Source: Laetmonice hystrix
Lineage: Eukaryota
NCBI GenBank assembly: GCA_965235115.1
Contig: OZ249436.1
Coordinates: 55,676,001-55,740,000 of the forward strand
Length of the DNA stretch: 64,000 nucleotides
Direction of reading: 5' to 3'
In this document: piece by piece, positions 24,686 to 37,774 of the stretch
Layout: each line of letters starts with the position of its first letter
Numbering within the stretch: position 1 is the first letter of the stretch
Position numbers and translations under genes: made by a program
The notes under the pieces: generated by a model
The model's input: only the letters and a program-made list of their open reading frames with translations
Database searches by the model: none
Told to the model about the DNA's origin: nothing

Positions 24686-27600
24686 CCTCGGTAAAAAAAC
24701 AATTTCAGAAAGTCTTGCCCACTTGTGCCAAATGTTGGTGCATCAGACAGCGTGGTATTCTTTTATAGTGAAGAAAGGCGCTGAAAATAGTAAGGAATGT
24801 AACTTAGAAAGAGTATATCCACAGTTATGGAGGGGTATTTGACATCTTTCGATGGTGTCATGATATTAGGTTAATTGCAGGTGCTCATAGGATTCTTGCT
24901 TTAGCAGTTTTCGCAATTGAAGCAATGGAAAGGCACGAAGGTGGTGTGATATACACATATCATATTGTACGAGAAGAACATTGAATCTTCTTTTAGGAAG
25001 AGAATACTATGCTATTTGATATGATCATTTTAACAAAAGGAACATTTTCATATCACCGGATCTCAGTCAGCTCTGGCCATTGTTGGCTACTTTCAACCAA
25101 ATGGCTGGTATGTTGTGCCCCAGGAGCACTTATCCTTGTTTCCGATTATTTATAAGGTGCTTGTCCTTGTTCGATGTAAGTGGTGTGTACGATGGAACTG
25201 TTAAAATATTTCTTTATAAGTAGATGAGTTCTGCTATACATGCACTGAATGTAGACGAATATACAACACAATACATGTATACATGTATGAGGCAAAAAGG
25301 TCAAATAGGCCTATGTCATTACAGCGTTTCATTGTGCTCCTGCAGAGGCGTAAGATTATGTATACCCCATGTGTATGCTTTCTATTGTAGTGGTACATGT
25401 ACTGACATAAGTCATTATTAATTTATTATTTTAAAGTTAGAACTTACATTGATATAAATGTAGCAGATTACATACTCTAGTTGTCAGTTAGTGTACATGT
25501 TTCCGTTCAACTTACACGTTCCAGTGTCACCAGGTTGTCTTCCAACAGATACTCGCGTAGAACGTATGCCAGATACCAAATGAAAACATTAAAATATTTA
25601 TAATAATATGCACGTTTTCGCCTTTTATTTACTTGATTCCTTTAGAAATTTATTGTAGGCAAAGTTGATGAGGTCTCTAGCAAGGGGTTTGTACTTTCCA
25701 TACCACATTTTTGATTCACTTTGTCTTTACTTCGGTGGGGTAGTGGGGGGGGGGTAGTGAACAGAATACACATGGTACCGAAAAAGCCCCAAAAATAGAT
25801 GGCTGGGGCTTCCCTGGCTTGGGGTGGTGCAGGTGAAACCTAATTACCTCGCTAGGTGGCGTTTCATAAGCTTGAGTAAGCAGATAATTCCTAGGATGGT
25901 TTCAGCGTCAGTAGCTTGTGGCCGTCCATAGTGTTGATCAGATTAGTTTGATGTCGATATTGTTTTCAGTGGTGCGAGACTAGTTTCCTTAAAGCCATTT
26001 GCCATTCTAATGATAAATTGAAATGGTCAGTAAACTACGGAACATAGATATTATGCCTATACTTCCTTAGGCCTATTTATATTAGGCCCTAATCGTCGTG
26101 ATACGAAATGATCCTATAATCAAGAGTATACCAGGAGTCGAACCAAACCGACACACACACACACACATCCCCGCTCAAGACCGGGGAAATCCGACTTGTT
26201 TTATTATGCACCAATATGCTGTTTTCTCTCAACAGTTGTAGACCCTCTACTCCTTTAAAAGTTCCCACTCAATAGGGCGCACCTCTCGGGAAATGAGAGC
26301 GTGATATGTCACGAGAATCGCTTGCCTCTGTGATAGGCCTACTCGGCCTATCGCCAAGGCTATGCCCATAAGATAGTTTGTATTGCGCGCAGAATGGGAG
26401 GCTATAGCGAAGTAATGAAGTTTTGCCTTTACCTTCAGCCACTGAGTCCGATGAATTCAGCTCAAGTCCTTCTACAAAGCAGATTCAGGTGATTTTTCAA
26501 ACGGAACGCGCACTTCAACATCGTCACGGCCGGCGGTCATTTTAAATAAACGAAGGGAGCAGCTATTATCTAAGAACGGGGCCTGGATAGATCTATCGGG
26601 CTATAATGAAGGAATCCGACATCAGTGCTTGACTTCTTGTGTGATGAAATGCTCCCCTACTGGCCTCTTCAGTGTGCATGCGCATTATAAAAACATGGCT
26701 TGCAACGAAAATCAAACTGCTCGGTTCAAATTTTCAAACGTCTGATTTATTAGCCTAAATATAGGCCTATGGGATAAAACCAAGAAAAAGTGAGCAGTGG
26801 AGCGGTTTCATGAGAAGGAAGACACACATTGATCAAACGGCATGATTCACGACGAATTGTAGGCCTACCATAGCGGTGAGTTCACATTGGAGGTAGGCCT
26901 ATAAGTTTAACGACCCCAGGGGGCCGGTTTTACTAAAGGTCCTTATTTAAGGACGTCGCTAATTTAACATAGAAGTGAATGGTTGCTAGGTCGTTCCTCA
27001 TCTATCGTTATCCTGTCGTGCGTTAAAGTCCCCATTGAAAATACACTGATCCAGAGTTAACGATACGACAAGCTAACGACATGGCGAGGAACACCCCCAG
27101 TTGCGGGCAGCTGGGACCACACTCAGTCACAGAATAGGTAGAGTAGGGTAGGCCTACTCTACCTACTCTGTGACTCAGTCAAGAGAATCGTATGCTCTGT
27201 ATATCTCCTACATTATCGCCCATAGGCCTACTGTTTTAGGTTGTCTTTTGCCTAGCCTGCTCAGTAGGTGGCTCTGCTATTGTTTTATTGCAATTAGGCC
27301 TATACCAAGATTTGAACGTCAGCAAGCATGCACCAACCTACTGCACAGAAGATCTAAACAGGCGGCGTTGGCAGAAAGGTTGTTTTCATTCAACTACGAC
27401 GTGATGACGGATGTAGGATGCTGGCGTAGACTGGTTCCCAGCTCTGTGGATTACGCATACCGAGACTGACGAAGTCTAATCTAAGGGGGCGCTGGGATTG
27501 ACCCATCGATTGACCCATCGTGATTGACCCATCGCAAACGTCGATGGCAGTTCCGTATCCTCTGTATTTCTGCAACAAAAAATAACCACTTCGGTAGAAA

Positions 27601-28351
27601 TATATAGAGGTCTACATTGTACATAGGCTCCTATATGCCCTAGCTATGCCTACCTGACTGTGGTTGTTGCCTTGGTGGGCGGGGCTTAGATCTAATTTGA
27701 TTGTCACCAGACTGTCGTAGTTGTCTGACCGGCGTTGTTGCAAAAGAACATCTGCCAATTAGGCTACTGTCAAAGTAGGCTACTTGCTACACGTACCATA
27801 GCCTTGTAAAGGAAGACCAGCCTGAAAATTTCAGGTCGATTTGGGTATTTGTAATGGTGTTGGTCTGTTAAAACTAAACGTTGATCCCTTGCTGCCATGG
27901 CACAGGTCAAAGGGCAAATCGTGCTTAAAATAGTGTGTAGGGCCTATGCTTTTTCACTCTGCCATGTTGAAAAATGCAATGATCGGAAGTGTAATGGTCC
28001 ACGATGTCTTCGGTAGGCGTATAGTTTAACCTCAAAGAATTCATTGCATTACATGGATGGTTTGTACACTAAAATTAGATAAAATTCAGATAAAGTTACG
28101 AGAAAATGTCCTAATTTCCCAATGACATTTTCTCCCAGAAGGTTAGGGGGTTCCTTAATGCATAGACCTTTTCATCCTTTTCACTATTTTGCCTCAATAG
28201 GCCTACGTCTCTATTCGCCCATGATCGTCACAAATTCAGAGACGGTCAGGTCTAGGCCTAGATAATAGAATTTCATTTTCACTACGTAACGAAGGAACTT
28301 GTTCTGTTTACATTCTCCCCTCTGAACAGAATCGGTTGCGTCGTGCATGAT

Positions 28352-28662
28352 GGGAGTTTGTTTCCTCAGCCCGACGAAAACGAGGCAGCTTCTAAATGTA
28401 GGCCACACGTGACCGAATCTGCAAAGGAACGGAACAAACGACTTGCCGATCGTAACAGTGCGATAGACATGGTTTTGGTGACAACATTGAGAAATTGCAG
28501 CATTTAACATTTTACGGCAAGTTCTTCGACTCAAGATCTGTCTGAAGGTCACCTGACACAATTCCTCTCGCAAATTCAAGTGTTAGATTGGCATCGAAGA
28601 GATGATGGTCGATGATGGCTATTTATCGATTACAAATGAAAACCAGGTAGATCTAGACATGT
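28352..28662 (+). repeat. Interspersed repeat; second copy at 34685-35090, same orientation
   Basis: Shared collinear blocks: tcagccc(g/a)acgaaaa(c/t)gaggcagcttct, taggccacacgtga, acattgagaaat, ggcaagttctt(c/g)gactcaagat, gagatgatgg and gacatgt. Confidence 0.8.
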
Positions 28663-28690
28663 GCTGCCTTAGAATTTCACTCTGTAATTT

Positions 28691-28805
28691 TTCCTGGCTG
28701 GCCTTCCCTGTTTCTGGAAATGGTTTCCATCCTTTAATCTCAAAATCACTGTAAAATATAAGGGTGATATCATAATCGCCAGGACATGGCAAGAAAAATC
28801 GCCGT
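28691..28805 (+). repeat. Interspersed repeat; second copy at 55239-55351
   Basis: ttcctggctggccttccctgttt..aaatgg(t/a)ttccatcctttaatctcaaaatcac is shared nearly verbatim. Confidence 0.85.
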
Positions 28806-29975
28806 CGTGAAACCAGTCCTTTAGACACACGATTGAAGTGATAGCTAAGAAGTGGCTTATTTTTTTATGTTAGGACGTATTCCCGTATCTTTAAGTAATC
28901 CTAGACTATAGGTTATAAAAACATTTTTTTGAGAATTGTCCCCTCCCTCAACCTCTCCCCTTACTTCATACACGGTAAATATAGCATCAAGTTTACACTA
29001 TACCGCTACACAAAGTTCATTGTTAGGAACTCCCTAAAAAGAACTATACGCCCTGCTTTCAAAATGGCATAATGAAGAGAGAGCTACTAGTATTTATTCA
29101 TGGAATGACTCATTCAAAACGGAGGTTGGTGACCAAGAGGCTCATTTCAATGTGACTGATTACAGGGTGAGTACTATATTTTCATTTAGAAAATATTGGC
29201 CAAATGGTTTGACGTCATTAAATTAAACTTGATAATGCAATATCCTTAATTATGATTCCGGCATGAACTTTAATTTATTTCAGAGAAGCGGATCAAGATC
29301 GATTTAATAAAAGGAATTTTGTTAACGTATGGTTTACATAAATCTTTTCCCTCGGCTCCAACCCATCGAGTTCCGTCCGGCATCGTACGATACCAAAGTA
29401 TATACATACGGATCCGGGACTGCCTAGATAAATAAAGGTGGTTCGAGGTAATAGGATCTTTATCACATGGAAGCCGATCCCATGATTTGGCAAGGTCAAA
29501 AAAAGGTCGTGGCCAAGGCGCCAACCTCGTGCTGTCTTGTGTATCTTCGCGGTCTCAGTCATAACAAAGACTGAACTATGTCAGGCCCGTGCATGGGTGG
29601 GTCGGTCGGCCGGCCGATCTCCGCCTTACTCGTGTGGGATTAACAAAAATATGAAGATATGTATATTAGCTTTGGGGCGGGACTAGTATTTAGGGACAAA
29701 AACGGAAAATCCAACAGCTCATGGGCCACGTCAGCAGATGGTAGAAAGCACAGAACTATATGAGAAAAAGGGGCCAGCTGAGGTCAGTATTTTGCAACCG
29801 GGGTTGACTTAGACCATCTAATTAAGGCATGCTGCTGGTACACTGCATGCACAGTGGCCCCTCATACCCCCACCCCCACCCGCACACATAACTTCCGATT
29901 CAAATAAATATCTTATAAATAGCTAAATGAAAGTGTCTAAAAATAAATTGTACTTTTTTTTAGCAATAGCGTGTT

Positions 29976-30365
29976 TTCCCCATAGTCAGTGGGCAATATT
30001 ACGAGAGTATCATGTTCATGATACAAGTAGTCGTACCATCTGTCGTGGTGCTGTCGTTCATGGGCGCGGCCATATTGCTTCCCATAATTTGATAAATTAC
30101 CGTATCACGCCCATTTAGGTAAATTAGGTAATTGATTTTTTCAGTTCAAACGTTCCCCTTCATACCACAAAATATATATTTGCACATACGATGCCAAGAA
30201 GCAGGTTTCAATAATGCACTACTTTATGGCTCGATGGGATATGACGGTTCACTCAGTGCCTCGCTACACAGGTCGATTTCGCCATGTATCTGGTTGCTAA
30301 TGGCGCCCATTTCACCCGAGGGTATATGCAGATATGACGTCATATGCCCGAGGGAATCCCGAATG
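29976..30365 (+). repeat. Interspersed repeat; inverted copy at 48739-49104
   Basis: Reverse-complement match along about 380 bp, e.g. agtcagtgggcaatat, atcatgttcatgatacaagta, ttgcttcccataattt, ggctcgatgggatatgacggttcactcagtgcctcgctacacaggtc and gcccgagggaatcccgaatg. Confidence 0.9.
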
Positions 30366-31699
30366 CACTCGAAGGTCATTGGCCACAGAAAATCTTAATT
30401 TTAGCGAGTCAGCTAGGGGGTCTATTCCCACCGCCCTCAATAGATCTGCCAGGTTATTCCTGATAACACTGAGGTTCCTTTACGTATAGTTTCAAGGCTA
30501 TACATATGACCGAATGTTAGCTATAGAGATAGTTATTGTATATTGTTCAGTATGAGGAGAAGCCCAGCTTGTTTGCTCAATGTTTATTTATATATAGTAT
30601 AATAAGGTGTGAGGTCAATGACATAAGAATGTAATCACACAAATGAATAGCTAAGAAGGGGTTACCGAACTGAGATCCACTGAAGCATGCTTTGGCTAAG
30701 ATTATTGAAAAATGTGAACCCCTTTCTTATAGACAAAATTCTCCGTTAAACATAAACTTCATCTTGCAGAGATGTGGGTAAGAGCTCCACCTCCAAGATT
30801 GAAAAGATCGATAAAAGACCGTACGGTCAACGCCTTCCAATTAGGAGGTGACCGAGGAGGAAGCGGGGAACACAATGCTATTGATGATGGCAACTATACT
30901 CTATAGAAGCCAAATCGGCTTAACCGCTCGGTAAAAGATGGCTGTTCGGCTTCAGCGGGTGGGCTTGAAAGAAGATATATAGGCATAGCTCGGAAGTTTC
31001 TCGTCCATTTGTCACTGTAAATCGTGTCCCAAATGTTTAGAAGCAAGGATGGGATAAATTAGGCTCTAAATGTTCCTGGCCTATATCCAGCATTTGCAGC
31101 ATGAATGGAGGGAAACTAGTGACCACCGTTTTATTGAGACTTGAGTTGTTAAGGAACCATTCGATAACGTCTTGTTCCCATAAATATAAATCCCAGAGTC
31201 TCAATACGGCTATTATTAGTTTCATCACTGATGGAGCAAGAGACCTAAACGAAGACAGGAAGAAATACATTTCTTTATAATTACATTCTTAGCAATATAT
31301 AGCCTGATAATAAAGAAAAAGATATAAAGTGTTTTCCTTTTTTTGAGGAACCTATTGTCATACCTAGGCCAGAGGCCCCAAAGTCTGCCCCCAGAGAGCC
31401 TACAAACGAACCATTGCATTGTCTAACATACAATTACGTACATTTTACCTCATACAAAACGAAAATCGTGCCTTGAGTCGGAGCTTACTGGCCTAACTTG
31501 GCGGTTATTACGTGTTAATCGACGTATCTTGGGATAAACCATTGTGAGAATATATTTCTGTGCAGTTAGGATAAAACAGATCCAGTTTGGGACTATAGCA
31601 GATGAGATATCCCGCCAATACTTAGAGGAGGGAGTTTCTTACAGATTAGAGTTTACAAATCCTCCAAATTCCATGTATAGCACACCAAGATTTATACGT

Positions 31700-31950
31700 G
31701 TCACTTGTTACCGAGTTTTTGTGTGGAGTTTCAAAGAAAACATGAAAGAATTCCAAGAAATTATAATTCTCCCCAGATCTTACCGGAAACACATGATTTT
31801 TAGGTCCAATCTTAATTTTATGGTGCCTGAAGAACGTATTATCTTCGAATATCTCGCGTTCACAGGAAAAGGATCAGATCTCGGTGATCAACGCTTCGTA
31901 CTCGAGATTTAAGATGAAGTCATGGCGCGTTTCGCAGATGATGCAAATAT
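31700..31950 (+). mobile_element. Decayed non-LTR retrotransposon RT fragment
   Basis: The frame of ORF 31544-31912 reads KGSDLGDQRFVLEI*DEVMARFADDANIY through the stop. The spacing matches QGSxLGPxxFxxxINDx..FADDxNI. The left boundary is approximate. Confidence 0.45.
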
Positions 31951-32293
31951 ATATGTATTTTTCGCCCACTTGATAAAAATAGAACTTTTATCAAAGTTAT
32001 CTAGTTACTAGACACCCAAGGTATTTATATAGCCTTTGGACCCGGTCATATCAACTCGGTTGTTGCAGAGATACGTTAGAACGGTAAAACTATGCACATA
32101 CATGTGATAAGGAGGTCACAGGACTGCTTCTTGTACCCTTTAATTCTGACAAGAATAATTACCATTGTGGCATGTTGCTTAGATGCTTTGAAGGGGTAAT
32201 GTGCATATTTTACCTTTTTGAAGTTAGTAACAAAAGGAAGATAGGCTCCGTGTGATTTCTCAAAAAGAAAGATATATAGGCCCCGTACCTAAC

Positions 32294-32358
32294 TATCTAC
32301 CTACCTACCTACCTACCTACCGACCTCTACCTATCTATATCTACCTATCTACCTACCT
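32294..32358. repeat. (CTAC)n/(CTAT)n microsatellite
   Basis: tatctacctacctacctacctacctac..ctacctatctacctacc. Confidence 0.9.
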
Positions 32359-33661
32359 CAGCTGGTAAAAGTTTTAAGGATTTGTTCACCGGGCCTCTTA
32401 AGTAATGCACCCATCTACGCAGTTACACAGACTGACTGGTGCGGCAGAAAGTTCGGTTTTCGTGAGAAGTCACATTCCAACGAATACGTCACGGTTAGAA
32501 GACATGCCAACCTATCTGTCATGCGCCAATTTCTCTTGGCGTTCCCTTGGCAACAGCTTCCAGTCAGACGTGGTAGAAACCCAATGTTATATACTTGGAG
32601 ATCAGCCATTATGATAGACAGGCTATACGCAAACATCCATAACAACGTCTGTACGATTTGGCACATGACATCTGATGGCCAGTCTCTCATCGGTTAAACC
32701 TATAGCACCAATCTGATTACGTATTATGAAGCTTGAACCCTGTTCGCAGCCCTTCCGAAAAAACGGGGAAACTAGGTTTATCAGAATTAAAGTCTGATAA
32801 CCTTGAAGTTACCTTTCTTCGAGAAAGGTAACTTCCGCCAAAGTAACTCAGTTTGAATTCTGCTGCCGTTTTCGAATATACTGCATGTCTAGATAATATG
32901 GCATGGCCGCACCGGAACACCTGCTAGCGGGGGGAGAGACGGTTTTTGTTTCTCGAGTTACGAAAAGTTGTACGATTTCTAACTTTACCCGATTGCATAA
33001 TTTGGTTAGACTCATTTTCCGAGTTTGGCGACACGCCCCGCCTCCTATGTTCACTTATACTGGTGATAGGCCAGACTTATGTCGTTTTCAGACGGAACGG
33101 AAATATTGGCTAGTCAGTTGAGTTATGTCGGCGCCTATAGTACCATGGATTCATGAACACTGGTCACCTCTATCTGAACAAACGACTTGCCGGATTTATT
33201 TGATCACATTCATTCAGAAATTACAATTCGTCTTATAAAAGTTGCATCCTGGATACAGAAATATAGGCCTACATAGAACAAGGACGATACAGTTGAGAAT
33301 TATGTACATACACGGTAGGGAACGTTTATATAAACACCTAACGGGATGAGTGTTCTTCACTGGGGGAAAGTATGGAGCTCGATGCCTGGCGCATGAATAT
33401 GGCATCGAGTTCCATACTTTCCCGCAGTGAAGGAGCCGAATCCCGTTACGTGTTTATTATTATGCGCTTGGATTCTTTCTAATTTGAGGAAAAGAGCCAA
33501 CAGCACAAGAATTAACAATTAACACATTATCCGAGGGGCCACGGGACGGGGCGGTTTGTTAAGTGCACCCCCCCCCCATTTTCTCTACATGGTACTCATT
33601 AAGTAGTAGCAAACGGAGGGGGTGGGGCCTGCTGTTGGAATGGCCGAGCGAGCTCCTCATC

Positions 33662-33735
33662 GCTAGTTGTTGACAAAATCGTTGACCTGGCATTGACTTG
33701 AACAACAAATGAAATTCATCGGGCCATGACCCATT
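33662..33735 (+). repeat. Short interspersed repeat; second copy at about 50898-50970
   Basis: gct(a/g)gttgttgacaaaatcgttg(a/g)cctggcattgac...aatgaaa(t/c)tcat is shared. Confidence 0.75.
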
Positions 33736-34684
33736 TTGCATATTGCCAAACCGAGGCTATAAAAAGCAAATTGGGGTTTTCCTAATTAACATGCGATTTA
33801 CGGCTTGCCAGTCACGTGACCGTGATCAGGCGAGCCGAGGACATCATGCTTGGGTACACCGGCGGGTGGGGTCCCGCCTTTGAATTGTTATCTCAGCGGT
33901 GGATCTAGGACTAAGCAAAGTATTGGTATGCCTTGCGCAAGTGATTCCTAGGGTGCTGATGCCTCTTTTTAATTCTTTCCAAATTAAGGTTGATTTTGTT
34001 ACTGCGAGATTGATTGCTTTAAAACGTCTTCTGAGAGATTAAATGTTATTATATTCAACCAAGTATAATATGCAGGCCCATTGTATCTTTATTAAACGTA
34101 ATCGTAGTCCACGGATTATCAGGCCCGTCCTATTGAACCGTCTACGCCGATTACAAAAATAGCATCCAATACGGGTTAATCAAAGTGGAAAGTATTGTGG
34201 TAACAAGAACAGGTATGCTGTTTGTTGTGCAAACTGAACAACCACATGGAGAGATACGGTGAACAAGCTATACCGCTGTGCAACGCTCCTTTCCATTGGC
34301 GCTATATCAATAAATATTCTTAGTGTTTGTATAAACAGTACCGTTTGAATTGACACTACTCTTGCAAGCTATTGACACAAAGCTGGATCTGCAGCTATTG
34401 TCATTAGTATAGCAGCTGTGTGCTATTTTCGTTCGCATCTGTATGTATCTTTTGTTCCTTTTTTTTGTCTGCTGGCAATAAATTATGAGTATCAATGGCA
34501 AAACAGAAACACGCCGGTTACAAGGAACATAGCAATAGAAAAGGATTATGTTTATTAGTAGATGACAAGCCATCGAAACTATCACAGACACTGAGAGCTT
34601 TCATAATATGCCCGTATGCACTCGATATATGGCCGAAATACTTGTCTTTACATCACCTGACTAAAGTGCGCAAGCACAGTAGTT

Positions 34685-35090
34685 GGGAGTTTATTGCGTC
34701 AGCCCAACGAAAATGAGGCAGCTTCTGAATCTAGGCCACACGTGAACGGCATGGCCATGGGGTATTCCCCGTATGCTTGTTGGCAAGAATGTCGCGTAAA
34801 CTATTAGAATAATAGAAACGTCCTCCCGATCGCAAGAGAGCGATATCCATGGTTTTTACTGGTGACCACATTGAGAAATGGCAGCATTAGCCGTTGTATG
34901 GCAAGTTCTTGGACTCAAGATAGCTGACAGCACCGGAGTTGTTGTAGGCCTCGACTGCAAGCGCGTCATCCAAATCTGTCAAAGAGTCACGTGATGGCAT
35001 TCGCTCTCAAATTCAAATGTCAGATCAGCGTCGACGAGATGATGGCTATATTTATTTTGTCATTTACAAATAAAACCTAGGTGGACATGT
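34685..35090 (+). repeat. Interspersed repeat, paralogue of 28352-28662
   Basis: Same collinear blocks as 28352-28662, with extra internal sequence. Confidence 0.8.
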
Positions 35091-37608
35091 CCTTCCTTTG
35101 AACCCGTTTGGCACTATAGGAAGCGTAAGTCTCGCGACCGAAAACGAGATTCGGTCTAACTAGGTCAGACCGCTGGCGACATGCTAGCCTGGTGCCTTGT
35201 CTAAACACTGCGTATGGCACAGGGCACTATAATAGGGCGAGCGTACACCTCTCCAAACATCGGCCTTTCTTTTGACAATTAAATATTTCTTAAGTATGAA
35301 GTGTACTTTTTCTAACATAAGAGATGATGGTTCTGATGTATAGTAAGTTTAATAACAAAGAGAACAATAATGGTGAAGTTATCAGTTAGAACGTTTTTTC
35401 AATGGGCCTCCCAATGCTAAATGAACGGAACCGGAATTTGGCTGGCGCCAGTTTAGACCTCCAAACTGCATTTCTCGTCGATTCACGCATTGTGACGTGA
35501 CGTATTTATGCTCCCTATACAGATGATCTCAAACTTATGGTAGTGATAGGAACTGATTTATTTTTGATGTATTGGTTACGTTTTCCAACTTTAATAACTC
35601 GCGGGTAATGAAAGCTTACCAAACGTTTGTCGAGACTGGTAAATGACCTATTTCTCTGGCGGCCCGTTACACCCCCAGTGGCCCCGTTGAGCCTAACTGA
35701 AGTTTAACCTGTTAAATCGCGACGGTTCGTGATCCAAGCATAAGATTCTGTTGGTGTTGATGGCAAACAAGTTGGCAGACACTGAAACGGAACCGGAAAC
35801 TAGGTCATACGTAACAGTTGGGCTGATGGAGGTTTCATTGCAGCAGTAGGCCTATATCGGTAAAGCTTTCATAAAAAGCAATTGGAAAAAAATCGCACCT
35901 AGTAGAATGGACAGCTTTGCTATTCTGTATAGATTTCGGAACAGCCTATTATTCGATGAAATGCAAGGGGCTATTGCTTTCCAGCGCGGGGCAGGTCAAT
36001 CTACGTCGTTAGACGTCCAAGTTACAGTGGTAATTTCTACAATCATGGCTATATTTTTCACGCGATTCCCATGGTTACAGAACCAGAAAATGCGGAGAAC
36101 CACTTCCTCAAATCAGTGTAAACCTATAGATTATGCTATACACGTTTATTGTGCTCATGGCAGTCTGTGACAAAATGTATTTTTGAATAATACACCAAAT
36201 CTATTTTCTTGATTCAATAAGTGGTGTAATGTGGCGTTCTTCCTAAATATAGATTTGAAAGATGCGTTTCCGTTTCCGTGACGTCCTCCAGGATCATGAA
36301 GGTGTCGGCATTATAAGGTGGCTCGCGTAAATCTAACAGTGGACACACTGTTGTGGGACGGAACGGCGGGTTTGTACAGCAAGGGCGAATGCGCTTTAAA
36401 ACGAGTAGGGCCTACGTCACAAAGAGTTCATTTCAAAGTTGACAGCAGACATGATGAATACCCATGACGTATTCACTCGCAAGCAATCAAATGTGGCATC
36501 TTTGAAGGCTTCTCTTTCCGCTTGGACGTCATGACAGTGGCACAGGTGGAGTATTTGAAAAGTGAATGCGAAGCTTTGCCGAACGACTGCATCACTGATT
36601 ATCTACCCCCGAGACGCAGTGATGTATGTACTCCTAAGCGGGCGGGGCCTTTTACATACTTTGAAAAACTGATGGTGTCCCCACCCGTCTGGTTCGGCCG
36701 TAACGGAATTGTCAATTTGTACCACACACATACACCAATGCTCAGCGTTGTCTTCTTTGTTGACAGCAGACACCATGTGTTTGAACCACATAGCATTCTA
36801 AACTATCTACTGAAGGAAGCATACAAAATTATAAATGTTCTTAAAGATCGGCCCCGACTATAAAAGCCGTCCCCGTGCCAGTGTGTAAGTTAGCTCAGTG
36901 CAGCCCCGCAAGAGGGTCAGTTGAGGTCAACGTTACCGGGTGGTAACGAATCTCGGCCTTTAACATGCTCAATGCCTGAAAACGTTGTTAAAGCGTAACC
37001 CAGGGCGCACTTCAATCGGCTGACATGGATTTTAATGTATACCACCTTAAACCGACACTCTTGATTAAATCGATTAAATCTAATTTCGTGGGGGAGGGGA
37101 TATACTCAACTGTGGCCAGATATAGTTTATGACCACCCGTCCGTTGCATGAGCGCTTTGAAGTTAGGGTCTGATTCACACTACACGGTAAGCCTACACTA
37201 TTCAGACTTCCAGGACACGATTCAGATTCCGTGATCCGATTCGAAATGTGGCCTGGTGGAGAGACTAACTTATTAGAACGACCCTATAAAATAGAAGTGC
37301 CCAAAATAATTTTAGGGGTCGAAAAATTGCCTCAAAGTTATGCCTAACCAGTGCCTTCCGATTTCTTACTGTGAGACCCCTACGGCATGGAGGGAAAAAG
37401 ACCGAAAAATTTTGTTGGCACCAAAACGGTAAGGGGTCAAAAAATTGCCCCCAACTTGGCCTATTCAGCTAAAACCGCAAATGTTATATAGGTTACCCTC
37501 ATCCTAAAGCAGTTTGAATTCTTCTAATTTTTTGCGTTTCCAGAAGATCATAATATACTTAGCATGATATCCAGAGGTCACCAATAAGGTCACGAGAAGA
37601 GACAGATC

Positions 37609-37774
37609 CCACATCCCACGCCTATATCTAAACTAACCACATCCCACGCCTATATGTAAACTAACCACATCCCACGTCTATATCTAAACTAACCACATCC
37701 CACACCTATATCTAAACTAACCACATCCCACGTCTATATCTAAACTAACCACAACCCACGTCTATGTCTAAACT
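37609..37774. repeat. 28-bp minisatellite, about 6 copies
   Basis: Unit ccacatcccacg(c/t)ctatatctaaactaa starts at 37609, 37637, 37665, 37693, 37721 and 37749 (partial). Confidence 0.95.

Noticed and set aside
16487-24842. Many short alternative-frame and antisense ORFs over gene 1 exons
   Set aside because: These are shadows of a long, codon-biased coding sequence with no independent motifs.
25480-25590. Minus-strand coding-looking stretch LAYVLREYLLEDNLVTLER ending in a GTAAGT donor
   Set aside because: There is no AG acceptor upstream, it is short, and I cannot recognise any homology.
26131-26146. Pol III B-box-like GGTTCGACTCC on the minus strand (tRNA or SINE)
   Set aside because: There is no A box at a suitable distance, no cloverleaf, and it abuts an (AC)n run.
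36522-36863. 113-aa ORF, and similar isolated ORFs at 42347-42703, 45436-45750 and 12457-12819
   Set aside because: No recognisable motifs, no convincing splice partners, and lengths are compatible with chance.
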